Source of the DNA: Takakia lepidozioides
Lineage: Eukaryota > Plantae > Bryophyta
DNA length: 64,000 nt
Direction of reading: 5' to 3'
Assembly: GCA_030704615.1 (NCBI GenBank)
Contig: CM060733.1
Location: 75,330,001 to 75,394,000, forward strand
The notes under the pieces were generated by a model, which was not told where the DNA came from, did no database searches, and was given only the letters and a program-made list of their open reading frames with translations. A program made the position numbers and the translations under genes. Shown here one piece after another: positions 38,020 to 49,971 of the stretch (position 1 is the first letter of the stretch; the number at the start of each line of letters is the position of its first letter).

Positions 38020-39942
38020 CTAGTGAGAATTAGGGAAGATGAATTGAAAGTATTCTTCAATCTTTCTCCTGAGCGTGGGAATTGGACTGTCATCTATTGG
38101 CTCTTTGATAACAAATTTACGAATGTCCAGAGTAGTGATCCAAAGGGATTCCATCCCTTCTCTATCTGGAGACGTGATCAGAATTCTAGGTTCATCTTTG
38201 TTGCAGAAAATCAGCGGGGTTATGCATGCTGCCTGAGGCTCTTTTGGTGAAGCCAATTGAGTACATCCTCGAAGAGAGAGGGTGGGAAAGGTTCGCAATC
38301 TCAAGCAAATGCTAGCAATTATGGGATTGAGTGCGATTCCTATGCTTGCATCTGGATCTTGGAAGTCAATTGATCTCATAGGGGTCTTGGAGTTGGAAGG
38401 GAGCCCTATGATTTCTGGTATACGATGTAACGTTGTGGGTGTTGCTGGGCTGTCTTCAAAGTCAATAAGAACCATTGTGGAGGTGACAATTGGCCCTGGT
38501 TGAGGGGATGCCTGAACCCTGGGAGCCTCCATGATGGCAGTATACTGTTGCAGCTCCGGAATTGGTGACCACAAGAGCAGCCGACTGGCCCTCCCCATCA
38601 TGGATGTATTGGAGGGGGGACCTAGTGTTCACAGCTGATCTGGAGATGTCATTTTCCAACTCCATAGGGTTAGCTAGCCTACGGTGCTTTTTAGCAACGG
38701 GTGCAATAGCTGATGATGGTCGAAGAACATTCAGGGCCCAACTTTGTCTTTCTTGGCAGCTACCAGCTTCAATTTGCATAGGAGCAGCAGCTCCTACCAA
38801 AGTAGGCGTAGACTGAAATGAAGTGAGATTCTCCTTGGAAGGGACATTCCCCAGAGGTGCATGGAACCCTGTAGTGCTTAGGATTTTTGTTGGTGCAATC
38901 TGGTCCAAGGGAGAAGTTGCAATCAGCGGGGCAGAGGTTGCAATTAGCGGAGCAGAGACTGGCTGGATTGGGGAGTTGCGTTTCCTCTTTCCAGTTGGAC
39001 AATCCACTTTCCTGTGACCTTGTTTTCCACAGTTATAACAAGCTGATCCAGGCGAGTCCTCCATTAGTTTGATAGAGAAATAGTTCCCCTTGTTGTCAAT
39101 GGGCAATCTAATGTAGCTCGGGATCTTGCTCTCATTGGGCATCATGATAATGATTTTGGGAAGACCATTCTCCTTCATCTTGGAAGCTATTGTTACTCGT
39201 TTCCAAGCATCCTCTTTTCTCGGTGTATCCATACACATTTCAGGGTCGAACACTGCCAGACAGCCAAGGTAAAAGCCAAATGCATTCCCAATGTTTGAGA
39301 GGAAGTACAGGTACTGATCAGGGATCCCACAGATGGTGACAATCCTTGGAGCCCATATTTTCCCACTCATGTTACCCATCTGGGGAGACTAGGGAAATAT
39401 ATTAACGTTAAGGCCCAGCCTGTGGGGGTTGAACGCCAGGGCATGATCAGCTGCGGCCCTGGTTTCAAAAATGATTGAATAGAACCCCCGCCCTCTTGGA
39501 TGACAAAAGTGTTGTTGCGGATCGCCCGATCCTCCAAGGTGAGAGATCACCCACTCCCGAACGGTGGTTATGTCTTCTTTCTTTCTAGGAAAATGTAGGA
39601 GGATACCTCATTCATGGCATCCCGAGACTTTGTCATTGAGAGAATCAAAATCAATAGCTATGGAGAGCGCGCTTCCTCCATCTCTGCCTGCGATTCTTCA
39701 GTGTCCCCTTCATCAGACAATGCATCCTCAATTATATCCGGCACACTGGAAGCTGTGTGAGCTAAGGGGACTGAGGGCGGTGGGAGGCCCGATTGGTCAG
39801 TTGAGGAAGCCGAAGCAATGGCTAGAGCCCGGGCGTTGTCCATCCGACCAGTAGCCTGAGCCTGGTGGGCCAGAAAAAAGGCATCCCCCAATTGTCTCAA
39901 GTGTCTGGCAGACGGGGGCGCTTGCATGACAGAGCGGTTCAT
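38020..39942 (-). pseudogene. LINE ORF1 (RRM/DUF4283-like region plus zinc knuckle), disrupted
   Basis: ORFs 39658..39942, 38462..39379 and 38020..38601. CCHC knuckle. Homologous to 10912..11301. Confidence 0.75.
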
Positions 39943-41459
39943 TCTGATCCTGGGGTTGCTGCGAGCTCCCTTGAACTAGAAATTAGGACCCATCTTACGA
40001 TAATCTCCGATTCTCTCAACTAAGCGTCTTACGATAATCTTAGATTCTCTCGACTTCAGCGAAAGAGGGGTGGCTTTCGGAAGACTAGAACACAATCTGG
40101 GGGGGGGGAAGAGAGGAGACACTTGGGATGGATTAAAGGTGGTGAGAGGATGAGAATGGGTATTGGCGGCTAACTGTCTCATCAACTGGTCTTTAATGAG
40201 GGATTGCTACAGTCAGGCCAAAATATCGCCACTATGACGATGGGGGCGCATTGAAGCGCAGGAATCCCTCGATTAGAGTAACATGATGAAGATAGATGGA
40301 TACTTGTTGGGGCTTAGAAAGGCCTGATGAAGATTGAGGAATGGTTATAAATTATGGAAACAACATTCGTCATGGCACTGCTTGCTTTGAAGAGCCTGCC
40401 AAGTGGGATGCCATGCGGAGATGATGAAGGCAACGACGATTAGGCAGGTTAGGAGGCAACTCCATCTCGCAGATCACGCTAAGTGCTTGAGTTACCGTTG
40501 CCACTGACCCCTCCCCTCACCGCAACATGCGGAGCTACATCGCCCTCAACCCCCAGGTTTATTTTAAAAAACAAAAATAGAAAAATAAAATAAAATGAAG
40601 ATCATGATGTACCTACACCAGATAATACTTGCACCAGAAAACACCCAAATTTAGAAGTAACTAAATACCTACACCCGAATTTGGAAGATGTACCTCCACT
40701 AGTTAATACAATATGTGTCATCCAGATGATTTGGGGTCAAATCCAGCTACATTTACAGAAATAAGCATTAGTTTCATGAATAAAATTAGTGGAACAAAAG
40801 TCATGACATATAGATTTTAGTATCCAATGATGCTTAATAATTGGCATGGAGTTGATGTTCGGGGATCGAACTTGTGCACGCCCTAAATGTTTATTCGCCT
40901 TTGTAGAATTTGAGCATTAGTTTCATGACTCAAAAGACGTCACAAGAAGAGCACGTTCATGTAGATTTTTTTTCATGTCTTTCATTTTTAGGTCTTTCAT
41001 TTACATCATTCATATCATTTTTAGGTCTTTCATATAGGTCATTTATAATTACCCCTAAGAAAGGACGTCACAAAAAATTCATTTAGGTCTTTAATTTGTA
41101 GGTCTTTTTTTTAAGGTCTATCATTTAGGTCATTCATAACTACTCCCTATGAAAGAACCTCACAAAAAGAGCATCAGACTCCTTTTTTCTTCTTCTTGCT
41201 ATGCCTCTTCCTTCTCTAGTTGCAAATCATTTTCTCTCTTTAAATTTGAAGCTATGGTAGGAGCAGTCAAGCGAGAGCGCCCTCTGCTGTGTGTAGATGA
41301 CCTAGATCTTACATCATACTAGACTATAGGACTGTTTCATGTCTATCCTACTTCAGCATTTGCAATCATTTAGCATATGCTAGGACTTATTCGGATTTGC
41401 TCGGATTTAATTTGACTTTCTATATCTATAGGCTATTTTGTTTGATGTTGTTGCTCATA

Positions 41460-41995
41460 CTTCAGTTTTCAGTTTACAGGCTTCGGTTTTCAGTTTACAG
41501 CAAGATTTTCAGCGAGTCCTTCAAACATCTCAGTTAATTTTTAACTACCATTGATTTCAATTTTACAGACTTCAATTTTCAATTTTATAGACATCAGTTT
41601 GCAGTTTACAACAAAATTTTCAACCACTTTCAGACATCTCCGTTTATTTTTGAACTACCATTGATTTCAGTTTTATAGACTTCAATTTTCAGTTTACAGC
41701 AAGATTTTCAACCAGTCTTTCAGACATCTCAGTTAACTTTTTAACTACCATTGATTTCAGTTTTCAATTTTAAAGACTTCAACTTTCAATTTTACATACC
41801 TCAGTTTTCAGTTTAGAGCAAGATTTTCAGCCAATTCTTCAGATATCTCAGTTAATTTTTTAACTGTCGTTGATTTCAGTGTTACAGACCTCGGTTTTCA
41901 ATTTACAGCAAGATTTTCAGCCAGTCCTTCAGACACCTCATTTAATTTTTTAACTACGAATGATTTTAGTTTTACAGACTTCAGTTTTTAGTTTT
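41460..41995. repeat. ~90-125-bp degenerate tandem repeat
   Basis: About 5 units containing CAGTTTACAGCAAGATTTTCAGCC..CAGACATCTCAGTTAATTTTTAACTACCATTGATTTC. Confidence 0.85.
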
Positions 41996-42004
41996 CTTTT
42001 TAGT

Positions 42005-44765
42005 TTTTTTTTTAAAGAAAAGGGAAAGTAGCCCTTGAGATATTTATTAAGATTATTGAAGGGAAAAAAATTTAAAACCCTTTTGTGCCCGAAGGCTGCC
42101 ATAAAGCTTGAAACTCATGAAAGGTCGTGACGGATGATCTAGGGACTCTGACGAATGAAAAAATAATGAATGAAAAATGCACATTCTAGAAACCTGGCTT
42201 CTCCTGTAGAACCATCAAGGCTTCGAGAGAATCCTAGGGATGATCTAATCAGCGAGCTTGGAATAGAGAAGAGCCCAAAGATTGTAGTAACTTGAATCGA
42301 AGGCGATTGCAATGCAAGCATGATAGAATGATACTAAGCAATTCGCAAAGGTAGAAGGGGAGAGCATCTATCTATGATAGTCTAGTCTGGTCTTGGTAGA
42401 AAGCTTCACATGCTTCCAGTTAATGTCTGACTAGTCAAGTTCTGGGGAAGCAGAAGAGGAGGGCCCGCTGCTGCTGCCATCGAAGAGGGATGTGCTCGGG
42501 CCATACACAGGAGTCACGCCCAATGCAGGTACAGATGATGCCTTGCTTCCCCTAGGAGGATCCGAAGGCCTGGAGGAGGACGAGTTGCCTTTCTGGTTTC
42601 TTGTCAATTTCTGCATAGAGTTTTGCCCACGCTAGCTTAGCAGCAATAGTAAGATCAAAGAAAATTTTGGTAAGCACAACAGTGATTGTGGAATTAGTGT
42701 TGTCCAGAGTCCAGTTGCACCGTACTTTCCAGATATGCCAAAGAGTTGTTGCCCTCAGAGCCTCAAAAACTGGGCATGCCAATGCTTTGGTCTTTGATGC
42801 TGGATTGTAGTTCAAGAGAAGTGTCCCTGGAGTGAGTGGAAACTGGTTCCACGCTCTGTACATATCTTGCACCAACGGCCAAATCATGAGGGGGGCCTGA
42901 CAATGGATTAAGCAGTGCTCCAAGGATTTTGTCGTATGCAAGTTACAACATGTGCATAACGGAGCCTCTTGGAAGTTCAGGAATTGACCCACTTTCAGAG
43001 CCCTGTTAGCAATTTGCCACAGGAAAGCACTTAGTTTAGCAGGCTTTGTTTTGTCCCAAACTGTTCGCCAGATAATGTCCCAGTTCTCATCGGCGAAACC
43101 TTGGTGGCCCCATTTTTCATTCCACTTGTTTGTCAGTGGTTTGGCATTGAGAAGGGCTCTGTAGGCCTACTTTGCAGAGTAAGTAAAGAAATTTGAGAGG
43201 GAGTTATCAAAGCACCATTTCCACTCCGCTAGATCAATGTGGAGGTCTTGCACAGAACTGCCCTCAACCCAGAAGAAGGTATTTTGAATTAGCCAAGGTA
43301 GAAGAGGTTCATTTAGAGGGGCCATAGGGTTAAACTCTCTGGTATTCAGGACCGTGGATTCACCACTGCGGAGCCAAACTAAACCCAGATTGCTGCCCCC
43401 TGTAGGGGCCACTCCTATGGTTGATGCGGAGGAGTCTCCCACCAACAAAGCCTTGGTTTTGGCCCAATTAACCCTGAAACCAGATACATTGCAGAATTGT
43501 TGGAGGGTTTTCTCTGCTGCCTGCAGAGTGAAAGGGGTGGCATCCAACAATAAAAAGTATCATCGACAAACATTGAATCTTTGACTTGCAGTCACATTTG
43601 CATTGCAACCCTGTCTTACCGATCTCTGCAGGGAAAAAGGTTTGGAAAGGTGATCGTTTATGACAACTCTGCTCGATGAATTGAATAGCAAAATACGTAC
43701 CCAGTTACAAAATCCTGGGGATATTCGTGTTTTTTGGAGAACGGCTAGGAGGAAAGTCCAATCCACCCTGTCAAAAGCCTTTTCGAAATCCAGTAGCCAA
43801 AGAGCGAGAGCCTGATTGTTAGCCATGGCATATGAGGACGCTTCTGTGCCAGCAGAACATTGTCAAGAATGTATCTTCCCTTTATAAATCCTGCCTGTCC
43901 AGTTCGGATTAATCTAGGAAGAAGGGGTTGGATCCTCAACGCTAAGGTATTGGCTATGATTTTGTAAGTGACGTTCAAGAGAGTGATTGGTCTGTAATTC
44001 CCAATATCAGCTCTTTTTTTTTTTGAAAAGAAGTGTAATGACACCTTGAGACATGGAAGGGGGCATGAGACCCACTCTTTTGATCTCATTGGCCATGTTA
44101 CAAAAGTCAACCGATAACGAGAGCCAAAGGGCCTTGTAAAACTCCACTGGCATGCCGTCAATCCCTAGCGATTTGTTGTTGTTCATGCAGTTAAGGGCGT
44201 CCTCCAAATCGTGGATGGTAAAGTCCTCTTCAAGAAGGGTGACTCTCCATGGCCTAATTGTTGGGGGACCTTGGTGAGGCAAGTTTGCAGATTGGCTTGA
44301 AAACTGCGATCCCTTTCATAAGCCTGGAAAAACGAGGAGACGTGCGAGAATGCCTTCCCACACATTTCCTTTGAGATATTTGATTCGGTGCCACGATTAT
44401 CTGTATAAATTTCCTGTATGCGATGTAGGGACCGTCTAAGTTTGACCTTCTCAAAGAAATATTTTGACATTTTCTCCCCTTTACCTGCCTAGTTTATGCC
44501 AGCTTGCAAACGCATTTTTTGCTCTAGGAGACTCTCGTATTTATCCAAGTTTTCTCAGGCCTCCATTTATGTTTGGAAGGTGTGGTTGTCACAGTTCCTG
44601 GACTCAGTTTTTTTTTGACATATTGCCAAGCATTTCCTGAGTGCAGTGATCCTCTATTTTTGGGAATCCACTATGTCTCTGCTCAGATCTTGGCTGACTT
44701 TGGAGGAAGCCTGGAGCTTGGCTTGAAATTTTAGAATTGGGCATTGCAGCTGATTACTTGCCTGT
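42005..44765 (-). mobile_element. 5'-truncated, internally deleted LINE related to the 31-40 kb element
   Basis: MSKYFFEKV, GIDGMPVEFY, NYRPITLLN, LDFEKAFDRV, RQGC, FVDD, zf-RVT (CTCC..SLEHCLIHC, LWHIWKVRC). Poly(A) near 42005-42013. Many frameshifts. Confidence 0.88.
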
Positions 44766-46076
44766 AATAAGTTGAAGGGATACAGTGGTATCCATGACAA
44801 ACCATTGCAGCATGATTTGCATCTTGAAACACAAATGCCATCACAGCCTACACCGATAACACCAACGGAGCATGAAACACTTGTTGTTAAACCGAATGTA
44901 TATGGCCTTAATAGAGAACACGGGTGTTTACACAGCCATCACAGCCCACCACAGTTTAACACAGCACAACACAACCCACCTCAGTTTAACACAGCATATC
45001 CCAGCCCACCACAGTGTAACACAGCCTATCACAGCTCACCACAGTATGACACAGTCTGTCACAGCCCAACACAGCCTACGCAGGTTGCACAGTCCATAGG
45101 GTCAGTGACAAGTGGACGCAGGTTAACGTCAGAAAAGTGGCCGGTAAGTGTAAGGTCAGCTTGGAAGTCAAACTCGGAGAAAAAGCCACACGGACAGAGG
45201 GAGACGGGATAGAGTTTGTATTCAAACACGTGGCCTAAGGGGCAAAGCACTTCGCTTTGCATGTACTGCAATAGCGGGTGTCATCATGTAAGAAGACAAA
45301 CTGGGCCGTCGAAGTACCTACCCGGTACAGCAACCAAAATTAATTGCGGGCCCATTAATGCATCCAGGGAGCAGGTAACGGAACCCTTTACGTGTACAGC
45401 AAAGGGGGTCCTCTGCCACATGTGTTATCCTAGTGGGCATTCCAAGTGGGAATGTGAACAGATGGGGGTAAAATTGAGAAGTTACCCGTTGAGGCAACAG
45501 CCAATGAGGAACGTGAAACAAGAACAAGAAATTAGAAAAGTTATGAGTGGAAGAGTTGGGGTTGCTCCGAATAACCATCGTCTCGATGGGATGGGCAATC
45601 AAAGCTATAGCTTTGTAGCTATGGCAGATATCACAGACTATACGCTAGCTTTACTTCTTACGCAGTGGCGCAAGGACGGACGGGTTGAAAGGACATTCTC
45701 TCTCACTCACTGCTTGCAAGCCCCACAGGCTTACACTCACTTACCCGTTCCTTTCTGTGCCAACCATACTTTCATGCTTTACGCCCTGCAAGCTTTCCTA
45801 CAACTATTCCAAACAAGGCCTTCTTGTTTGTCTGGGATGAAGAGAATTGGGGGAATGGAGGATATCAGGGTGAAGAGCACCACGATTCTACAGAAGCAGA
45901 CAATTGCCACACCACAGGCAGTGCAGCTGCTGAAAGAGTTGCGATTGGAAGGGCTGCTACGCAAAGAATGGTCCTTGCATCATCGGGGGTTCATGATTCA
46001 ATTCATTCAGAACTTTGAGCCTCGGACAGGAGTTACACAGGTGAGGGGAGTAGATATAGAGATTACTCCCCAGTAC
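44766..46076 (+). mobile_element. Gypsy 3' internal fragment (integrase tail plus accessory ORF)
   Basis: Homologous to the reverse complement of 48385-49670 and, at its start, to 58575-58950 (KLKGYSGIHDKPLQHDLH). Confidence 0.9.
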
Positions 46077-46140
46077 CATTACTCCCCAGAGATTACTCCC
46101 CAGCAATAATTCTATGGTCTCAGGTTCCATCGTGCTGGAC

Positions 46141-46577
46141 GGAAATGCGGCACCGCATTCCATTGTCCAATACGAAATTTTGATGACGGACATGGAAATG
46201 CGGTGCCGCATTTTCAGAACGGACATCGTTGTTTGTCCAATTCCAGACCCTTCGACGGAAATGCAGCACCACATTCCATTGTGCTGGACGGAAATGCGGT
46301 GCCGCATTCCATTGTCCAGTACGAAATTTCGATGACGGACATGGAAATGCGGTGCCGCATTTCCAGAATGGACATGGACAAGCATTGGCGATTGGACATG
46401 CTTGGACAATTCAAGGTCCAATATGGAAATGTGGTGCCGCATTTCCAATTCGAAGTATGGTAATGCCATGTCAAGAAATGAAATGAGGTACAACATTTCT
46501 GTTACGACCACAATGGAGGAAAGGGAGCTGCCAGAAATCGCTGCATGGAGAAAAATGAAATGCGGTGCCGCATTTCC
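46141..46577. repeat. Cluster of 7 palindromes GGAAATGCGG(TG/CA)CCGCAT(T)TCC
   Basis: Copies at ~46141, 46194, 46257, 46290, 46343, 46425 and 46557, with a diverged copy at ~47712. Confidence 0.85.
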
Positions 46578-46853
46578 GAGCTTCAGCATGTACATGTTTC
46601 CTTTTACTCATACATGGATTTCCTTCACCTCAGGACTCTGATATCGCTGACTCTGGTATATTCATATGGATAGACACATTGTAGAAATGAGACCACAAAT
46701 TGTAAATAGTGGGCCAATTACGGCAGTTCTTGAACACAATGAAACACCAGCACACAGAAGTGAGGTACGATGGATTGTTTTATTGATCGAACACGGTGTC
46801 TCACATTTAGCAACTCCAGAAAAATCTAAGCCCTTCCTCCTTCTACATGGGCG

Positions 46854-47432
46854 TCACCAAGTCGACGGAACTTCGATAGCCCTCAAAACAAGCTCATTAC
46901 TGATGCGGCACCTCGAGGTAAACTGCAATGCGGTCGTTCTGGTGCCCTTGGTTGAGCTGACGACAATGTCATGCCCATCAATGATACCACCATCATACAT
47001 TGACAAGGTCACTGTGGGCCTCATGTGCCCATGCAATTTGTCTTCGCAACTCAGCCGAATGTCTCCATACACTGGAAGAGCGGAGTGAACTCCACGAATA
47101 TAGTTTTCCCCGGTGCCATCCTCCTTGGTCCACTGGCAGCAGTTCCAGCGCCAAAGGGAGGCCATGCGTGATCTGTCCGGCATCCCATTCCAGCTTGGTA
47201 TATCGAGGTCATCAATTTTCAGGACCCACGGACCGCATTGACCCTCGCCCTCACCTCGCTCAAAGCGGTAATAGCCCTCCAAATACTCCATTGCGCGCAA
47301 AGACTCCCGCTTGATTCCAGAAGCGTCAGTGAAAATAGAGAGCCAAACAATGATGTCTCCTGATTCTGGTTTGAACATAGCATGATCGTGGCCATGATAA
47401 GGGCAGTCAGCAGGATTTCGGCAGCACGACAT
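46854..47432 (-). CDS. Intact single-exon ORF, 192 aa, unknown function
   Basis: ATG-to-stop with protein-like composition and no repeats. AATTTAAAT TATA-like box ~125 bp upstream. No recognised domain. Confidence 0.5.
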   Translation of the reverse strand: MSCCRNPADCPYHGHDHAMFKPESGDIIVWLSIFTDASGIKRESLRAMEYLEGYYRFERGEGEGQCGPWVLKIDDLDIPSWNGMPDRSRMASLWRWNCCQWTKEDGTGENYIRGVHSALPVYGDIRLSCEDKLHGHMRPTVTLSMYDGGIIDGHDIVVSSTKGTRTTALQFTSRCRISNELVLRAIEVPSTW

Positions 47433-48441
47433 CCTTGAAAAAGATTAGCGGAGTATGCTCAATGACAGCAGCTCCCGGATGGAGGAGGCAGCAGCGCGGT
47501 GGCTGGAAGAAGTTCAAGCAAACGCTGCAATTCCTCACAAACACTCCAGGGCACATTTAAATTTCCCCCCTACATGAACCTGCATGGATGAAGATTGGCT
47601 GCTCCATGAATGTAGTCGTTTCAGTTTCCTTCCCTGCCATGCAAACTATGGGCAGTAAGTGCCAGGTGGGCCTATAGCCACTCGAGACGTCGAAGTCCAT
47701 CCCCCCTTCGATGTAAATGCGGCGCCGAATTACCATCCGGGGGATGGACTTCGGTGGCAGATTTCAAACTATACCTCGTGGATGAGAAAGAGGTATCGGT
47801 TCATCCACTGCTGGCGTGATGAACACGTTACACGATGATTGGTGGGTACGTGGGACCCAAATGCTCCATTATTGGAGCCCGCACTGCTCTTCCGCTTCTC
47901 ATCATTTTGAAAATCTAAGGGCTTCGTTGAAAAGCCCTGCTCCTCCATTACAGTGGTTGCTGTCTCAAACACTCCCATCTCCTTACGTTCTCGCACATCA
48001 AGTATGCAAAAATCAAGGATAATTTGCGCAATTATTGGGTCAGACACTATGATCGGAGACTTAGCAATAGTGCCCTGTAACCGCTTCATCTCTTCCACCA
48101 GACCATTGTACATCAACTCTGCCCAAGCTACATCCTCTCCCCTCAAAGCTTTCAGTATCTCCTTCGTGAATGATCTGCTCAAGTACTACTGGTTCTGTTT
48201 CATGGCAAACAGAACGTTCAGTATTTGGCCAACTTCTCTTAGCCCTGGGTACTCAGCCTTGGTGCAGGTGTATCCTTGAGTCTTAAAGAAACTTCCTTCT
48301 TGGAACAAATTCCCTATCTGCAATCTTGCCCTGTGCTCATCCACATCCACATGACCCGATGGCAAATCGAACAATTGCTGCAAGTACTGGGGAGTAATTT
48401 CTATATCTACTCCCCTCACCTTGGTAACTCCTGTCCGAGGC

Positions 48442-49971
48442 TCAATGAATAAATTGAATCATATACTTCCGATGATGTAAGGACCAGTCCTTGCGTAGCA
48501 GCCCTTCCAATCGCAACTCCTTCAGCAACTGCACTGCCTGTGGTATAGCAATTGTTTGCTTCTGCAGAATCGTGGTGCTCTTCACCCTGATATCCTCCAT
48601 TCCCCTAACTCTCTTCATCCCAGTCAAACAAGAAGGCCTTGTTTGAAACAGCTGTAGGAAAGCTTGCAGGGCATAGAGCATAAAGGTATGGTTGGCACAG
48701 AAAGGAACGGGTAAGTGCGTGTAAGCCTGTGGGGCTTGCAGATAGTGGGTGAGAGAGAATGTTCTTTCAATCCGTCCGTCCTTGCGCCACTGCGTGAGAA
48801 GTAAAGCTAATGTGTAGTCTGTAATATCCGCCATAGCTACAAAGCTATAGCTTTGATTGCCCCTCCCGCCGAGATGCTGGTTATTCGGAGCCACCCCGAC
48901 TCTTCCGCTCATAACTCTTCTAATTTCTTGTTCTTGTTTCTTGGAGGGAACCACTTGCATGAAATTCTCGCTCCTGATTGCATGTTGCCTCCTTGGGTAA
49001 CTTCTTAATATTATCCCCCTCAGTGGACATTCCCACCTGAAATGTCCACTAGGACAGCACATGTGGCAAATGTCCCCCTTTTCTGTTACCTTTGCCCTGA
49101 ATGCATTAATGGGCCCACAATTAGTTTTGGCTGATGTACCGGGTAGGTACTTTGACGGCCCGGTTTGTCCTCTTGCATGATGATACCCACTTTTGCAATA
49201 TATGCACCGCGGTGTGCTTTGCCCTAGTGGCCACGTGTTCGATTTCAAACATGCTCCCGTCTTCCCCTGTCCGCGTGGCACATTCTCCGAGTTTGACTTC
49301 CAAACTGTCATTTCACTTGCCGGCCACTTTTCTGACGTTAACCCGCGTCCACCTGTCACTGACCCTATGGACTGTGCAACCCGCGTAGGCTGTGTTGGGC
49401 TGTGACAGGCTGTGTGATGCTGTGATGGGTTGTGATAGGTTGTTTGATGTTGTAATGGGCTGTGATAGGCTGTGTGATGTTGTGATGGTTTGTGATGACT
49501 GTGTGAACACCTGTGTTCTACACTCAGGCCATACACATTCAGCTTAACGACAAGTACTTCATGCTCCGTTGGTGTTACTGGTGTAGGCTGTGATGGCATC
49601 TGTGTTCCAAGATGCAAATCATGCTGCAATGGTTTATCATGGATACCACTGTATCCCTTCAACTTATTGACATTCACTCTTCTAAGCATCTCTTTGTTAA
49701 TGGTTTGTAACATGGCTGTGTTATTATCATACATCTTCTGTATGATATAAGGTCCTTTCCATGGTGACTTAAGCTTAGAAACTTTGATCTTTCCCTTCTT
49801 CTGCAACCACAGTACCAAATCGCCCGTCTTAAAAGTTTTCAATTTACCTTCATCAAATTGATCCTTCCTCTTCATCTGAATTCTGGTCATGTTATCTGTT
49901 GCATCCGCACGTACTTCTTCCACATGATATAATTCATGTTTCCTGACTTTAATTGAATCCTCCAATTCCAT
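48442..49971 (-). CDS. Integrase C-terminus (GPY) in frame with an accessory region (minisatellite, CCHC knuckle, plant TE accessory-like domain)
   Basis: 509-aa open frame: FKTGDLVL..WKGPYII..VNVNKLK, then CHMCCPSGHFRWEC and LLKELRLEGLLRK. Continues via 48186..48419 and 47769..48182. Confidence 0.65.
   Translation of the reverse strand: MELEDSIKVRKHELYHVEEVRADATDNMTRIQMKRKDQFDEGKLKTFKTGDLVLWLQKKGKIKVSKLKSPWKGPYIIQKMYDNNTAMLQTINKEMLRRVNVNKLKGYSGIHDKPLQHDLHLGTQMPSQPTPVTPTEHEVLVVKLNVYGLSVEHRCSHSHHKPSQHHTAYHSPLQHQTTYHNPSQHHTACHSPTQPTRVAQSIGSVTGGRGLTSEKWPASEMTVWKSNSENVPRGQGKTGACLKSNTWPLGQSTPRCIYCKSGYHHARGQTGPSKYLPGTSAKTNCGPINAFRAKVTEKGDICHMCCPSGHFRWECPLRGIILRSYPRRQHAIRSENFMQVVPSKKQEQEIRRVMSGRVGVAPNNQHLGGRGNQSYSFVAMADITDYTLALLLTQWRKDGRIERTFSLTHYLQAPQAYTHLPVPFCANHTFMLYALQAFLQLFQTRPSCLTGMKRVRGMEDIRVKSTTILQKQTIAIPQAVQLLKELRLEGLLRKDWSLHHRKYMIQFIH

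Larger units (their letters stand above)
31189..40540 (-). mobile_element. Near full-length, decayed L1/Tx1-type LINE
   Basis: ORF1 with CCHC knuckle (CYNCGKQGHRKVDC). ORF2 has APE endonuclease, RT and C-terminal zf-RVT. Poly(A) at 31189-31205 on the minus strand. Degenerate TSD CGCATCAGCGCTCCCAGG (31171-31188) versus CGCCCTCAACCCCCAGG (40541-40557). Confidence 0.9.

Noticed and set aside
45957-46641. Overlapping ORFs on both strands (e.g. 212 aa)
   Set aside because: They are products of the palindromic repeat cluster (recurring MRHRIS/GNAAPH peptides).
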